A stretch of 61,103 nt of DNA, the filler included, from Sphacelaria rigidula (taxonomy: Eukaryota), in NCBI GenBank assembly GCA_964200075.2. It is 4 parts of 4 records of this genome, joined end to end, with 100 filler letters (N's around TTAATTAATTAA, not from the genome) between each part and the next. Parts side by side here need not be neighbours in the genome. Positions count along the whole stretch, not along the records: positions 30,607 to 45,807 come from CAXNAA020001866.1; positions 45,908 to 61,103 come from CAXNAA020001867.1; 2 more parts are not named here. One strand, 5' to 3'. A model generated the notes under the pieces. The model had not been told where the DNA came from and ran no database searches. It saw nothing but the letters and a program-made list of their open reading frames with translations. Positions 38,701 through 57,111 of this stretch are shown in pieces (the stretch's first letter is position 1; every line of letters begins with the position of its first letter). The position numbers and the translations under genes are program-made.

Positions 38701-41700
38701 TGTGTTTAAACCTTTGCGAACACTGTTTGGTCTCCGCCGGGACTGCGTGAGTTGCTTTATTGTGTTCGTCTCTATAGAAAATAATCTTCGTCGGCACGCA
38801 GTGCTGTCTGTTTATACGCTGTTGAAAACTTCATGGTATGTTGGCTGTTTCGTCTTCCGTCAAACGAACAAGGCGCTTCCCACGCCCATCATTTCTATGT
38901 TGTAGTTGTCGCTGTGCTGTTGTGCATTTGAACACTCTACGAACGTGGAGGGTGCCTGAACAGCTGTACCGCTGCATGCCGTTTTTCGGTCTGTACAAAT
39001 TCTTGTAAGGAATAGCAGAGACGGTATTGGAAAGACGAGCCTACGTCTGTGACCACGGGTTCGAGAGATCGGATTAATGCCCGGAAATAATAATGAATAA
39101 TAAATAATTGGGGTGGGATCAAAGTGCTGTCTATACAAAGTTGAAAAAATCAAGTGGCGGCTGTGCAACTGCCTATTGCGTCTTCTTTGGTACTTCAGTT
39201 GTAGTCAGGTGCTGTGATGAGGAAAGACATGCAAGGCGGGGGCGTGCAGGTAGGGGCAAACAAGCCGAGCCAGCGCGGAGCTGCTGTCCCCTCAGTTATT
39301 GATGATCGCAGCTGTCTGTCTCGCAGTGACGCAACGTGTGGGCCAATCAAAGCTATTTCGCCACTCATTTGCCACTTATTCCTCTCATTTGATTGGAGAC
39401 CAGTCGCCGCATTTTGGGTTTTTGGTATATTGAAAGGCCCTGATCGGTCGAAAAACCCTGCCACTCATAGTTTTTGCCCCTATCTGTGAACCCTGCGCCC
39501 GCTTATATGCACAACCGTAGATATGCGGCAGCAGCGGTTTTTCCAGATGGCCAGCTGGAGATCACCCATCAGGTTAGCGTCATACATGTTTCGTGTGTTT
39601 GTACTCCGGAACATTTACGCATTGCAGCACTAATTCTCCACGCCACGTGCGGCTGCAATGGACGACAGACTTCAGTTGTCTACATTCTATTCCCCGACAC
39701 ACCATGGGTCCGACCTGATCGTCGATTGCGTGCTCCCCTTGCTCTAAGTCATTTCGAGGTTCACATGGGCATCGCGCATGAGGTCAGGCGAATATCACCA
39801 CGTGCGCTCGTTTGGTGAGTGTGATGAGAGATGCGCCCTCAGGTGTGGCCATGGGTTTGTGTCGTTGCGATTGCACCGCACTTGTTGTACTACTTGTTGT
39901 ACTACTTGTTGTACTCTAGGTGAAAGCGCTCGAGTACGGGGCTACGCTGGACCCAGTTACGCTTCTAGCCCCGGTGCTGATGCGGCGTGCTAAGGGCGGA
40001 ATAAGGTCAGCACCATCGAGTAAAGTCACGTCTGATAACGACTACTTCCAGCTCACCCGCACGTGTTTCCCTCAGTCGCGCCAGCTTTACAAGCAGTGCT
40101 GGGAAAGGGCTACTCGGCATGTGATACAGGAGGCATGCTCTAGACGCGGAAAAGATTCGGGCTGACTCTAAAACCAGAGAATCTATGCTCTGTCTAGTGC
40201 AATAATGGCGAGTGCTTGAAAACGCGCGAAATGTTTCGTTGCGTCTGCCCTGCTAGATTGCCCTGCTACGGTCGATTAACTTGTGCGGCTTTCCCCCGCA
40301 TGCATGCCGACATGTCGGTGTCGTTCCTGTTGTGTGCACAGCTCGCTGCAGATCTGAGCCTAGAGTAGTCTTTCACGGACAAGCATATACAGTACGTCAG
40401 TAAGACGTGAGTCGGCGAATCCCCCACAGAAGTGCCCAAAATGCCCGCAGAAAATAGAACACGGCAATACCTTGCTGTTTTTACAGGGGCTAACCGATGT
40501 ATTGCTTCTTCAAGCCAAGCTTGTGCGCTTAAGCCCTACCTGACACCAAGAGATGGATGTTTCGTAGGCGCGGGTATCACAAGTGTCTTGCCTACAGTAC
40601 ATGCCTAGAGTACAACAACAGGAGAATGACAGAAGTGTGCGCAGCTTGTAGCTGCCTCAATGTTTTTCGTCTCTCTTGTCACATGCAGCGGTCTCAGAGG
40701 GTGCAACGTTCCGGCAGCCACCATATTGTCGCCAACTAGACATCCCGTGGGTCACTGTTCAGTTCCACCACTTTTGATTCGCCAGACAAAACATTTCTTC
40801 CATTTAGAGCTATGCTATGTGCAACTTATGACATGCCTGCAACCTACGTACAGCGTCAAATGATTTCATTTCAGTAATTGTCAGGTTTCTGGTTCGTTTT
40901 TTATCGTTTCTCGAACGTTTTCGGCCAATCGGGGCTTGCCAACACACCTCGCCCCCGCAGATAGTTGTGAACGAATCAGCAACTCAAGAAGCGCGTGATG
41001 GATGTGTACGCGGTGATTGCAGGCCTTCGTGCGTGCTGTTGGTGGACCAGTTCGGGAATCTGCATGCCCCTTTCGCTCAGGCACGCACGTTTCTTTGCGA
41101 GCAGGGCTTTGGAAACACCCGCGTTGTTGTCCACGGGGCCGACGGCAGACTTGTGGTGCTCAAGGCACAAGGTGAGAAGGTTACAAGGTTAGAAGCTTAG
41201 CTTTTTCTGCGTTCGTTAGGAACTTGGTATGCCGTGCTGCAGTGCAACCTTCCGTTGACCCGCGCGGTGCTGTTGTGTGAAAGAGATCCGTAGCAAAGGA
41301 GAGGGACGAGCTTACAATGAGACCGCCTATACGGAGGCACGGGTATATCAATGTGCACGAACGGCGCACGAGGTTTGTGCTTTTGTCCCAGTCCATGCCC
41401 ACATAATCACATTAGTGTGGGGGGAAGTTTTGCTTCTGCAGTTGATGTGTGGCAATCAATCGCTCTATTCAATCAAATCACTTGATGGTGCGTTCGAAGG
41501 CGGCTGGAGCTTAAGCATGTAGGTGTCAGTGGTGGTCGCTGTTTCTTGGCGCTCAGAGCAGCTACTACCGTTGCCGACGATCATTCGACGCTCTCCAGCA
41601 ACATTGTACTAACGCATTCAGCAACGTGCGAGAAAATTGGAAAACATGCAGTACGAGATGATGCTGGTTGTCCCCGACACGAGCAGCAAAAACATAACAT

Positions 41701-42057
41701 ACTTCGTATTCGCGTATCTCGAATATGTATCCTGGTTTTCAAAAGGAACATGCGAGCAACCTCACTAATACTGACACAACGTTCTACACACTACACAATC
41801 GTCCTCTTTTGTATGTACGCCTTGGTGTAAAAGCCTAATCTCCCTACGAAGTACAGAGTAGTACGAGTGGCAGAGAAAGCCACAATCCTAATCCAGATGA
41901 TCGACTAGTCAGGAGTGAGGGGCGTAGGGATACGGTGCCCATGATAACATAGTTTTCTCTTGACCATTCTTCCTGTCGTTCTCGACTGTGTCTACCTTCG
42001 TCGCTGCCTACAGACTTGGTTCCAAGAGTAACTACGGGCGGGGGATCACTCTGTTGA
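35760..42057 (+). CDS. CDA: Two-domain cytidine-deaminase-like protein; exons 35760-35934, 36409-36549, 37379-37767, 38139-38266, 39521-39572, 39920-40005, 41023-41171, 42014-42057 (387 aa from this ATG; true start may be upstream)
   Basis: All phases are consistent (1164 nt). Domain 1: PPHQSLFRVVCILL..IT|GTNCEPSTIGGSICAERAA..VVVVTDS..PP|GVLCREFL..TTVGQLYP. Domain 2: HPIR|YAAAAVFPDG..|VKALEYGATLDPV..LLVDQFG..ARTFLCEQG..AQ|DLVP. Intron 1 needs a GC donor (G|GCGAGT). Confidence 0.8.
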
Positions 42058-43997
42058 AGCATGGCCGTGTGGAGTTCCTCGGGGGTCTTCTCGCTTCTTC
42101 TACCGCTGTGCGGAAGGTTATACTTCCTCTGTCCCAGAAGTCTGTTCGATTATGGGGTGCGGGTCGTATATCGTGAACGAAGGCGCTTACGAAGCTGCAG
42201 TTAAGATTGGTAGAGATGAAAGTTGTGGAGATGCTCATAGAAAAAAAAAAAAAATGAAATATAACCCATTTTTGGCCTCTTTGAGCCTTGTATCAGCGAA
42301 GTTCGACATATTTTTACAATTTTCGCGCTGGACAAGAGTGACAACGTGGCAAAAGTGCCTTAGGACGAGACGTAGCTAGCCTCTGTTCATCAAGTAAGAT
42401 AAAACGAAGAGGTTTGTTATTTTTGTACCATTTCCCCCCGGGGTTTTCGTTCGGTTATTTTGCCCCCTGAAGGAGGGGGGCGAAATACGGCCACTTTCGG
42501 GCTTCGTGCTGTTTTGTCGGCCGCTCGGCCGCATGGGGAAATTAGCAAGTACTCCGGAGTAATGAAAAATGGCTGCGTTTGTAAAAACGTCAACGAATTC
42601 CACGAAAAAAACGAAAACAGAATGGGACATTGTCGGGGGGCGTACAAACATATCCGAGCAAACGTGTGAGACAGAGGGGGTAAGCGATCTCACCAGTCAT
42701 GCGAGTGTTTCTTGTCGTGGCGTGGGCTGAGAACACTGGGCTCAGGAAACGTCATCGACGGAACCGGGGTAGAGTGTAGACAGCGGTATGCAACGGCAGT
42801 ACGAGAAGAGCTGTATCTTGGTGCGTATGCCACTATTTATCAACCAACCTTGACAAGGTGGTGGTACAGTACAGTAGTGTCCCACCGAAGCCGCTGTTAG
42901 CGAGTGTGTCGGAAGTAAGGATATGACTGTCGCCGTGAGCCGTCTTGACAACACACCATTTATCAATGAGAAATGTGTTTCACCCTTTCTCAGCAGTGGG
43001 GGAAACGGGTGTGCAAAATAGGTTGCCGGTGGGATATAGCATTCCATACTCGGGCGTAGGTTTTACAGTCGGAGGTGATATGATGGCGACGGTAAGCGAT
43101 GCCGACTATTATAGCATGAGAACACGCACAATTTTGAAAATCTACGCGAGTTGGGGTGGTATTTTCCTTCACGAGACGGCGAGTTCACGTTTGTAATATT
43201 GGGTGGCAAAAAACGTTTCTTGTTTTTGGCAAGGTTTAGAGCCGTTCACCACGCAGTGCATCTGGCTTGTGCGCTTGATCCCGTCGTGAATGGATACCGT
43301 TCTGTACGCATCTCTTTCCCGGAACGCTACGCTATGCACGTGACAGAATTTCGTTCATCCTGGCGTATGTGCCAATCATTGTTGATCGCTTTCAAGCTCA
43401 TAATAGCCTGAGCTGGGTGGACATGATGGGGGGGTCCCGTTTCAATTGGGATCGAGCGGTGTCAATCAATCCCGCACGACATCTTTTGCCTCTCACGGTA
43501 CAGATTTACGCATAACATACACACAGATGCATTGATCACCTTCCACCACCCACATCACGCAATAGGCATCAAGCAACATAGCGTAGCACGTCGGCCGGCA
43601 CATGAACGATAGTAGTGCCAGCAGCCGTTGAATTGGAACGAGTTGGGAATATACCCTAAATCTAGCTTACAACGCGGCCCGAGCGAAAAACCGACAGACT
43701 TGGCCTCGCCGAGACGCACAACTCCGCTTCCGGTCTGTCTGTGCTTCATCAGAGTTCAAGTCACTGACCGCTGGCATTCCGGTATGTGGTGATGTTGGTA
43801 CACGTGCCTATCGGCGAGTTTGGATAGAGTAGTGTATCCCAATCCCAGCAATACAGTAGTTTTTTTTCTTCCTCCTGGATTCCGTCGTGGGAAGCGTGAG
43901 AATACGAGCAAAGAAAAAGAAAAGATGAAGTGGACTGGCTGGGGGATGCGGATGGTCACGATAATAAGCCATGTTCCAATGTTGAAATATATAAATC

Positions 43998-44180
43998 GTG
44001 CCCTGGCGGTCTGACTGGTGCAACTGACAGCAGTTAGGTCGGGAGCGCGGGTTCGACACCCGGCAGATGCAACCAGGTCTCTTTCTCAACGTGCCCTGCC
44101 ATCTTCAGGGCAGGAGTCATAACCCTCAAATGTGCAGGACAAGTTCTTTATGACCAAGGTTGAGGGGAGGGATGCTGGTG
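43998..44180 (+). mobile_element. tRNA-derived SINE-like head
   Basis: A-box-like TGGCGGTCTGACTGG, B-box GGTTCGACACC (44050-44060) and ACCA at 44072-44075. No pairing acceptor stem, so not a tRNA gene. Confidence 0.5.
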
Positions 44181-44184
44181 GTTT

Positions 44185-44900
44185 GTTGCTTGTCTTCTTG
44201 GTCACTTGACCGTGGGCCACGCATCCCTTTCGAGACGGAGAACCGTTCCTACTCCTGATACCGTAGAGACACGTCCAACATTTGGGCGCTCGATATACTT
44301 TTCCCATACATCACATAATAACCTATTGCATACCCTATCCCTTCCTATTTCCTCGTCTGTCACTACAATCTATCTTCTAGCACAGCTATCGTTTTCTCGC
44401 TGCTACCTAAAACGTACCAAACTTTTACATGTCACATTCCTTTAGTTATCTCATCTCCTCCTCTAACATGTCCCGTCCCTACTTCTTGACAACTGTAGTT
44501 CATATTTTCCTACTATATGTGTTCTACTCTCTGTTGCTTCGCTACAAGGGCAACCCCGTGCATCTACTCCCTCATCCATCCGACAACTGGAAGGTCCAGG
44601 TCCCCTTCCCGAAGTCGCAGTTTCAGGGTTTTTCGCGTAATAGGGCCGTGCTAATATGCTTCCGTCCTTGTGTCTTCTCCCAACCCCTCCCATATCTTCA
44701 AGTGTTTTTCCTCGTCCACTCCGTCTTCGCCCCATTTCTCCCCTCATTTCTATTGTTTCTTGTACTTTTGTCTTGTGCATCCCTCGCACACCTACGGACA
44801 ACATCTATTTTTGTTCTCTTACATTCTTCCACACTTTCTAGACTACACTCTCTCATCTTATTCTACGAGTAGTCTGCCCTTTCGTTAGTTTCTTCTGTAC
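44185..44900 (-). mobile_element. 5'-truncated LINE relic (C-terminus of ORF2)
   Basis: Frameshifted minus-strand pieces LKLRLREGDLDL, CPCSEATESRTHIVG (CCHC-like knuckle), SSEKTIAVL, ERPNVG, SRNGSPSRKGCV. The 3' end is shared with 2526-2583. Confidence 0.6.
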
Positions 44901-44956
44901 ATCCCCATCAGCTACGAACAGCGGATCCTCAAAAATGGGATCGATCTCGAAGATGA

Positions 44957-45690
44957 GGTTCAAGTGGCATATCCTTTTTGCAAGGATGACGAGAAACAGT
45001 AAAATAGAGCGAAACCATCTCTAACCCCCAAAACCGCAGGAGTGAATAATCAGTTGTGGCTAATGCACCGAACGACTGCGGTTTACACGCGTGTCGATGA
45101 CGATATCACCAGAGAGAGAAGCAACGACAGAGAGGAAGCTCCTCGTCCGTGTCCTTTGTGTGCCCTCGCTGGGCGATTACCAATCGCTCGAGAGACTGGC
45201 ATCATGCATGTGACCAGCACGTGCCGAATTTGTCATGTGCCGGTAGGTATCCCCAACGAATATCGAGCTGCGGAAAGATTTCGTCTCTTCTTTTTGTCTC
45301 TGGAGCTCATCAATGCGAAAATCGATTTCTCTCTGCCTCTCGTTCTGGACAGGACGCACTTCTGTGCGCTGAAAAATAGGACAATGTTCCCGTCACCGCT
45401 ACTACTGTTCTCTGTCACACACATGCCAGCAAGGACGGTGCGCTGTGGCAAAAATAACAGATGCTCCAATTTGAACTTGGGGGTGTTATTCATCGTTGAT
45501 TTTACCCTGACATATCTGACCATCCAGGTGCCCGAGCACAAGAGCCTGCCACAGGCCAGTTGGGTGAGTGTGTGAGAGAGATCAAACACTTGTGGAGACC
45601 GTCTTGACATGCGGAGTGGAAAAAGATACCTGTGGTGGTGACCTAACTGTTGCTAGCGTGGTGCAGAGGGGTGCGTCAGCTGCAATCTGG
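44957..45690 (+). repeat. Dispersed repeat, copy 2 of 5795-6530; similar terminus (ggttgaagtggcatatc) also at 61077-61098
   Basis: Collinear identity blocks with 5795-6530. Confidence 0.75.
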
Positions 45691-45807
45691 AGCTTTCGTT
45701 GCTCTACTCCACTGACTCCCGTCTGCAGAGCGTCTGTCGTGGTCTGATCACGAGGTGACACTGGCTTCACTCTCGAAGGACATGCTAGGCCAGGGGTGAC
45801 ACGAGGT

Positions 45808-45907
45808 NNNNNNNNNNNNNNNNNNNNNNNNNNNNNNNNNNNNNNNNNNNNTTAATTAATTAANNNNNNNNNNNNNNNNNNNNNNNNNNNNNNNNNNNNN
45901 NNNNNNN
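45808..45907. other. Artificial contig-join linker
   Basis: 44N-TTAATTAATTAA-44N. Confidence 0.95.
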
Positions 45908-46288
45908 GATGCGAGCTCAATGGTCTTATGACTATGGCATGCATGATCATGAGTACACCCACAGTCTGATCACACTCAGTCTGATCGCAAACAGAACACA
46001 CACGTACACTCATTCTTCGTGCATCGAGTTTAGAAACTATTACCCGAACGATATGAAACCAAGTTGCCCATATCGGGGTGGAACTGTTGTGCTGAGATAA
46101 GGTGCGCGCAAAAAAGAACGCATGCTGGCCGACCCGTGTTTGATTGTTGGGCGCACGCCTACCCTGTGTCAGTAGCATCGATTTTGAACGAATTAATGGG
46201 TGCGCTCCACTCTGCTGCACAATTGTATGAGAAGTGAGGAAAAGTTCCCAAAAATACCATCCAGTCATCAAACCGCTCCTTCAACTAA

Positions 46289-48404
46289 CCCTTTGACCGC
46301 CAGTGTGGGTCATCTGCTGAATCTACATCATCTTCAGTTGAAAAATAAGCCTTGTTCCTTCTTGAATCTGGGATTATATTATCTCGCATATTCTGTGTGT
46401 CAGTTTCGTTGCTGAGGGCGTGTCTTGGCACATATTTTTCAGATCGAAAAAAAGCGCGGTGGAATAGATTTGAGCGAATTCATTCATTTTTCGCGATTTG
46501 GGTCCAAGCGAATTTGCAAGCTTTTGATCGCAACAAGACAGAAAATTCGTGGAGCGGTACTTGTTCGTTTGTCTACAGTATACTATCTGTACTATCTGCG
46601 CACAGTGCGTGTGGGCGTGTGTGGGCATGTTTCATACAGTAATATGTGAAGAAGGGGGCAACGTGCAGTACAGCATTTTCTCGATCGAAAAAAAATGTGC
46701 CAAGACACACCCTAAATCCCAATCAGCCTGCCCGGACCCAGCTAATGTAACTTCTGCCACATTTGACCCCCCCCCCCCCCCCAACGCCATACCCGCTGGT
46801 CCCGTAATCTCCTCTACTGCCAGGACGGGTCATCTGCGGAATCGGCATTATTTTCATTTGGAAAGTTAATGTGATACACAGATCGCCTAGCCCAGCGGTC
46901 GAAGGGTCAATATTCAGGTCACTCCACAAACCCAGGTATCCACCACGTTGATCTGTTGCGTAGTATCCACATGGTCCACGTCGGCGGTGAAGGAGTTTGC
47001 TCCGAGCGCTCGCATCTGGGCACCTGAGTCTGACGGTCATTTTCTAAGCGAGCATGATGCCGATTCAACACAGATGAGTGCACCTGGGCGGTTGAAGGGT
47101 CAAACCAGCCAACGATTTAGTTTTGCTACAGCAAAATACAGGCTGATGCTAGACACCAGACCCAATACAATTCTTGATGTGCGCTGATCAAAGCACTCGA
47201 CAGCTGCTGGGAGTATTCGAGAGCTGCTCGGTGCTCTGTGTCCGCGTAAACCTGCTCTTGAGAACTGCGGGACCCGATCCGCGTTCCCGTGGAGCAGTTC
47301 TAAGCCGAGGAAACATATTCAATACTCCCTGAAAGTACGAGTAAAGTAAAATGGATTATACTCAGACGTTTCTCACAAATCTCCCAGAAACCGCTTTGAG
47401 CAGTGCCAACTTTTCGAACGTAGGGCCGTATTGGTACACGTTGGATTGTGGACGGCAATCATCTCAAAACTGTTGTATCTTGGATACTGGTGCTCAAAAC
47501 AACCAAGTCGGTTTTTGGGGACGGCTGCTACGTTTTGCTTGGCTTGACTACCAGGTGGGAAAGCAAGAATGTTCCTGAAATTGCAGGTCGCCTTATTCAG
47601 TGGCGCCAGCGGATCGGTGAATGCCGGAGTGCTGCACCCTCGAAAACCACGTGAACCTATTGGCCCTTTGAATGCACTGGACATCATGTCAGCAGCTGCA
47701 ACTATGCCTGTTTTTTTAGGGTTAGCGTGCACCTAGTTAGACACCCCATCGTGCAAGTACACACTTATCCACAGGGGATTGCGCTACCCCATTCGACGCA
47801 GGGTGGGCGATCTGGGGCTCAAAATTTATTTTTGATTTTCGTGCCGAAGACGATCCGACAGATGTTCCACCCTGGAGGTGAAAGGGCTGGCCCTTTCACC
47901 ACCAGCCTGGGCGAGCTGTTGGATCGGCCACACTTTCATATGGAAAATGAAGTACCGTGCTCCAGACTATCGATCCTCGGGACGTCAAGGATTACCCTTC
48001 GACCGCCAGGATGGGTCACCTGTTGAGTCGGTATCACTTCGACTTGAAAAAAGTATAGAAGACCCAGATCACCCACCCCCGCGGTCAAAGTCACAACGGC
48101 AATAGAATTTACCCCACTTGGGCTATAATCTACCCATGGTTGATGTCACTTGATTCGAGTCTAACGAACCAGAATCGGATCTTCCGTGGGGCTAACAGTC
48201 CCGTGTGCTCCCAGAGTGCGCAGAATGACTTCTTGTTCAAATCGGCGCTGCAGATGAACACCGGCGTCTGACACCACCATTTCCCGAGTGAAAACGATGC
48301 CGATCAAGCTCTTCGACACTGCGTTGGGTGATATTTTGAATCGGCGCAAGCTCCACTTAAAAGGCGGACGTGAGATCCAGATCGCCCACCCTCGCGGTCA
48401 AGGG
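46289..48404. repeat. Cluster/chain of ~98-bp piggyBac-like MITE copies in both orientations
   Basis: Units at 46289- (truncated), 46809-46906, ~47000-47099 (rev), 47787-47886 (rev), 47891-47990, 47995-48091 and ~48310-48404. TIR consensus CCCTTnnACCGCnAGGnTGGGnnAnCTG and core GAATCGGCA are shared with 10356-10453. Confidence 0.75.
46416..46712. mobile_element. PIF/Harbinger-like MITE (297 bp)
   Basis: TIRs GGGCGTGTCTTGGCACAT / ATGTGCCAAGACACACCC (1 mismatch), with 3-bp flanks TGA / TAA. Confidence 0.75.
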
Positions 48405-49050
48405 TTGAAAATGGACACATGCACCGTCCGTGCTTAGTATTAGTAACACACCATGTTCTGCTCACTGCTTCAATCAACTCGCCTCATCGTCACATGTCCG
48501 TTTCTTGGACAAATTGTACTTCGGAGTAGAGTAATCTGCAACCGGCGACTCCGTTACGTCTGAGCATTAGTACGAAACACAGTACTACAATTGAAAGTAC
48601 AACAGCACAGTACAGTACAGTACAGTACAGCAATTAAACTGAAAAAAGGGCCGAGCGACCAGCAAGAGACAGGAAAGGAAGATTCGGGGCGGCATATCCC
48701 ACAAGTGCGGAGATACAATACCAGGAACACCAGGAAAAAAACAGATGAAGTGCAGTCACAGAATTGCACAACTGAGACTTTTGGTATATGCGCTCGCGTG
48801 CTCAAAACTAGATTGAATCATTCAAAACTGGATCGAGTATTTCCCGAGCAAGGTTTGGGGAACGACGAGGGAGTGCGCGAACGGGGTCAGGGACGTTGTG
48901 GAAGAAGTATCCATCAAAAATCGTTTGGCATCACCCCCACACGACCGAAACTTGAAATCTTGGGTCAACATCGCGGAGGTTCACTCTAGAACAAAACGAA
49001 CACGCTCCGACAGGCAGAGACCCTCGGCACTACCGTACTCCATTGGTCAC

Positions 49051-49214
49051 CTGAAAGCTACGCACGGTTCCGGCAGCGTTCTTCTGTAGAAAGTTCTCTT
49101 GGGGCGTACTGTCGCTGCCGGCGCGATCGCCGCAGCTTGTTTAGGGACGGCAGCAGCAGCTGAAGGAGCCGCAGCCACCGCAGCACTGGAAGTTTGTGTT
49201 ACGCCCTCACTCAT
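49051..49214 (-). CDS. PCS: Phytochelatin synthase (glutathione gamma-glutamylcysteinyltransferase), first coding exon only
   Basis: MSEGVTQ...PKRTFYRRTLPEPCVAF(S) followed by the phase-2 donor AG|GTGACC matches the conserved eukaryotic PCS N-terminal motif (F/L)Y(R/K)RxLPxxC/AxxFSS. No further PCS exon is recognised before the contig end. Confidence 0.72.
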
Positions 49215-50896
49215 ATCTGCCCCGTTATGGGCTTGAGAAGCGAGATATGATACGCAGTGCAGTTTCTGTTTTGTGGATGAGGTATTCACGCTCCAAGATC
49301 TTGAACGTGCTAATACTAGCGTAGAGGTCAGATGCTTCGTGACGAATGGTGGTACACGCATTGAGTAGACGTGTGTGGACGAATGTCAAAGCAGCAATGC
49401 GGTGCAATGCGGGCATACCATGAGGTCATCTGCACTTGTTTTTCACTGTAGAATATTCGCCCTCGGTCAGGTAGCCGTGCCGTTCGCCTATCAAGCAGAC
49501 ATATGGAATACTTGTGAATTACAGTAGTTAAAATGCGTTGCTGATTGTAGTGTCAAGCGAAATTATTCATCAACCACTTTATCAAAAGTGGAGAAAGTCT
49601 TTCCTTTAATATGACTACGAAAATAAATGCTGCTTTTGTTGTTTCAACAAATCTTCAGGCAACTCCTACTAATACAGAATAAGCAGGGAACGACAAGAGG
49701 TTCGTTTCTGATGTGCAGTTCATAATCTAATGCGAGCAACTTTTCGAGTGCCACGCATACGATATAGCCATACATGATCTAAGCCATCCACCCTCCTGAG
49801 AATTTTTCGATCGGGTAAACTCTACCTAGAAGACTCCCACATCAGCGAAGTGACAGCAACGCAGCTCTTCTACAAGAGGTGGAGATAGAGCTGGGGCTGT
49901 CAGTGTGGCGAAAGTTGGAGAGGTATTTTCGGAGTCCAGGATCTACAAATACATACCAAACGTAGATTCGACGTTGTTATTCTCCGCCCTGCCCTACCTC
50001 ACCCCACCGCCAACAACAGACAGGCGGACCGTCACCGTCAGCTTTTAAAAAAGAGAACGCTTGAAAGGGCACCCTTTAGCTGGAGTACGGCGTTCGCTAG
50101 AGCAGCGATCCTTCCTCGACAAGGCTCCACCTTCATCAAGGTATTTGAGACTCGTTCTACTTAAAGGTGGCTAACGCAAAATCACTCTCGCCCAATTTTT
50201 CCAATATGCTTCCACCGCTCGACGAGCCAAACCCGACTTGTCTGAAGAACAGAAGTTATTGGGGGAATAAAAAGGCGACCGCACTCTTTTTCTGTGCTGT
50301 AGTAATCCTCTACTGTACTGTTTCGTACGTCGTACTCTGTGCTCCTGCGTGCTGTATACTCTCAGCGACGGACGGATTAGGGCTGGCCACGGTTCCACAT
50401 AAGCATAAATGTGCAGCACTTGTACACCCAAGTTAAAGAAATCTTGGCTGTGTCCCTCCTTCTGTTGTTGGTGTCATAGATCTGGCGTTGCTTACTCTAC
50501 CCCTCCCTTAACCCACACAAAACTTTCACTTTCCTCCTGTTGTCGAAATTCTCTGTTTTTCGACTTGAATAAAGATAGGACGTGGGACAGAGGGATGGTG
50601 GTACCGCACACATGTTCTGATGTTATTTGCTTGCCTGTCTACACGTTCATGGACTGGAAAAAACAACAAGTGCTGGTAGAGCACACGTCCAGAGTGTGGG
50701 CCGCCGCTCCTCTCCCATGATAGCCTCCGCCATGTTTTGCTTTTACCTGCGCCAACACAAGTTGTACCTTGTCTTTCTGTTGCACTTGCTCCTCGTTCCT
50801 CTGGTGAAAAAAATATATATACTGCTATCTATGATGGTAGTGTCTAGACTAGGGCCGGAGCCGGACCAAGCAGGAAAGGGGGTTAGCGGGGAAACC

Positions 50897-57111
<6,215 letters not shown>

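Noticed and set aside
42746-43370. Possible extra plus-strand exons (GNVIDGTGVECRQR / FRAVHHAVHLACALDP)
   Set aside because: They lie downstream of the deaminase stop at 42057 and show no recognisable homology, so support is insufficient.
43998-44075. Functional tRNA gene
   Set aside because: No complementary acceptor stem or proper anticodon arm; only the T-arm/B-box is convincing.
46289-48404. CRISPR-like repeat-spacer array
   Set aside because: Units are ~98 bp, diverged and in both orientations, match a solo TTAA-flanked MITE, and there are no cas genes in this eukaryotic context.
45908-49050. Further phytochelatin synthase exons
   Set aside because: The candidate minus-strand acceptors I translated (~48985, ~48250, ~47470) do not give PCS-like sequence.
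35760-49214. Metabolic gene cluster (argE, deaminase, PCS)
   Set aside because: The genes sit on unrelated contigs.
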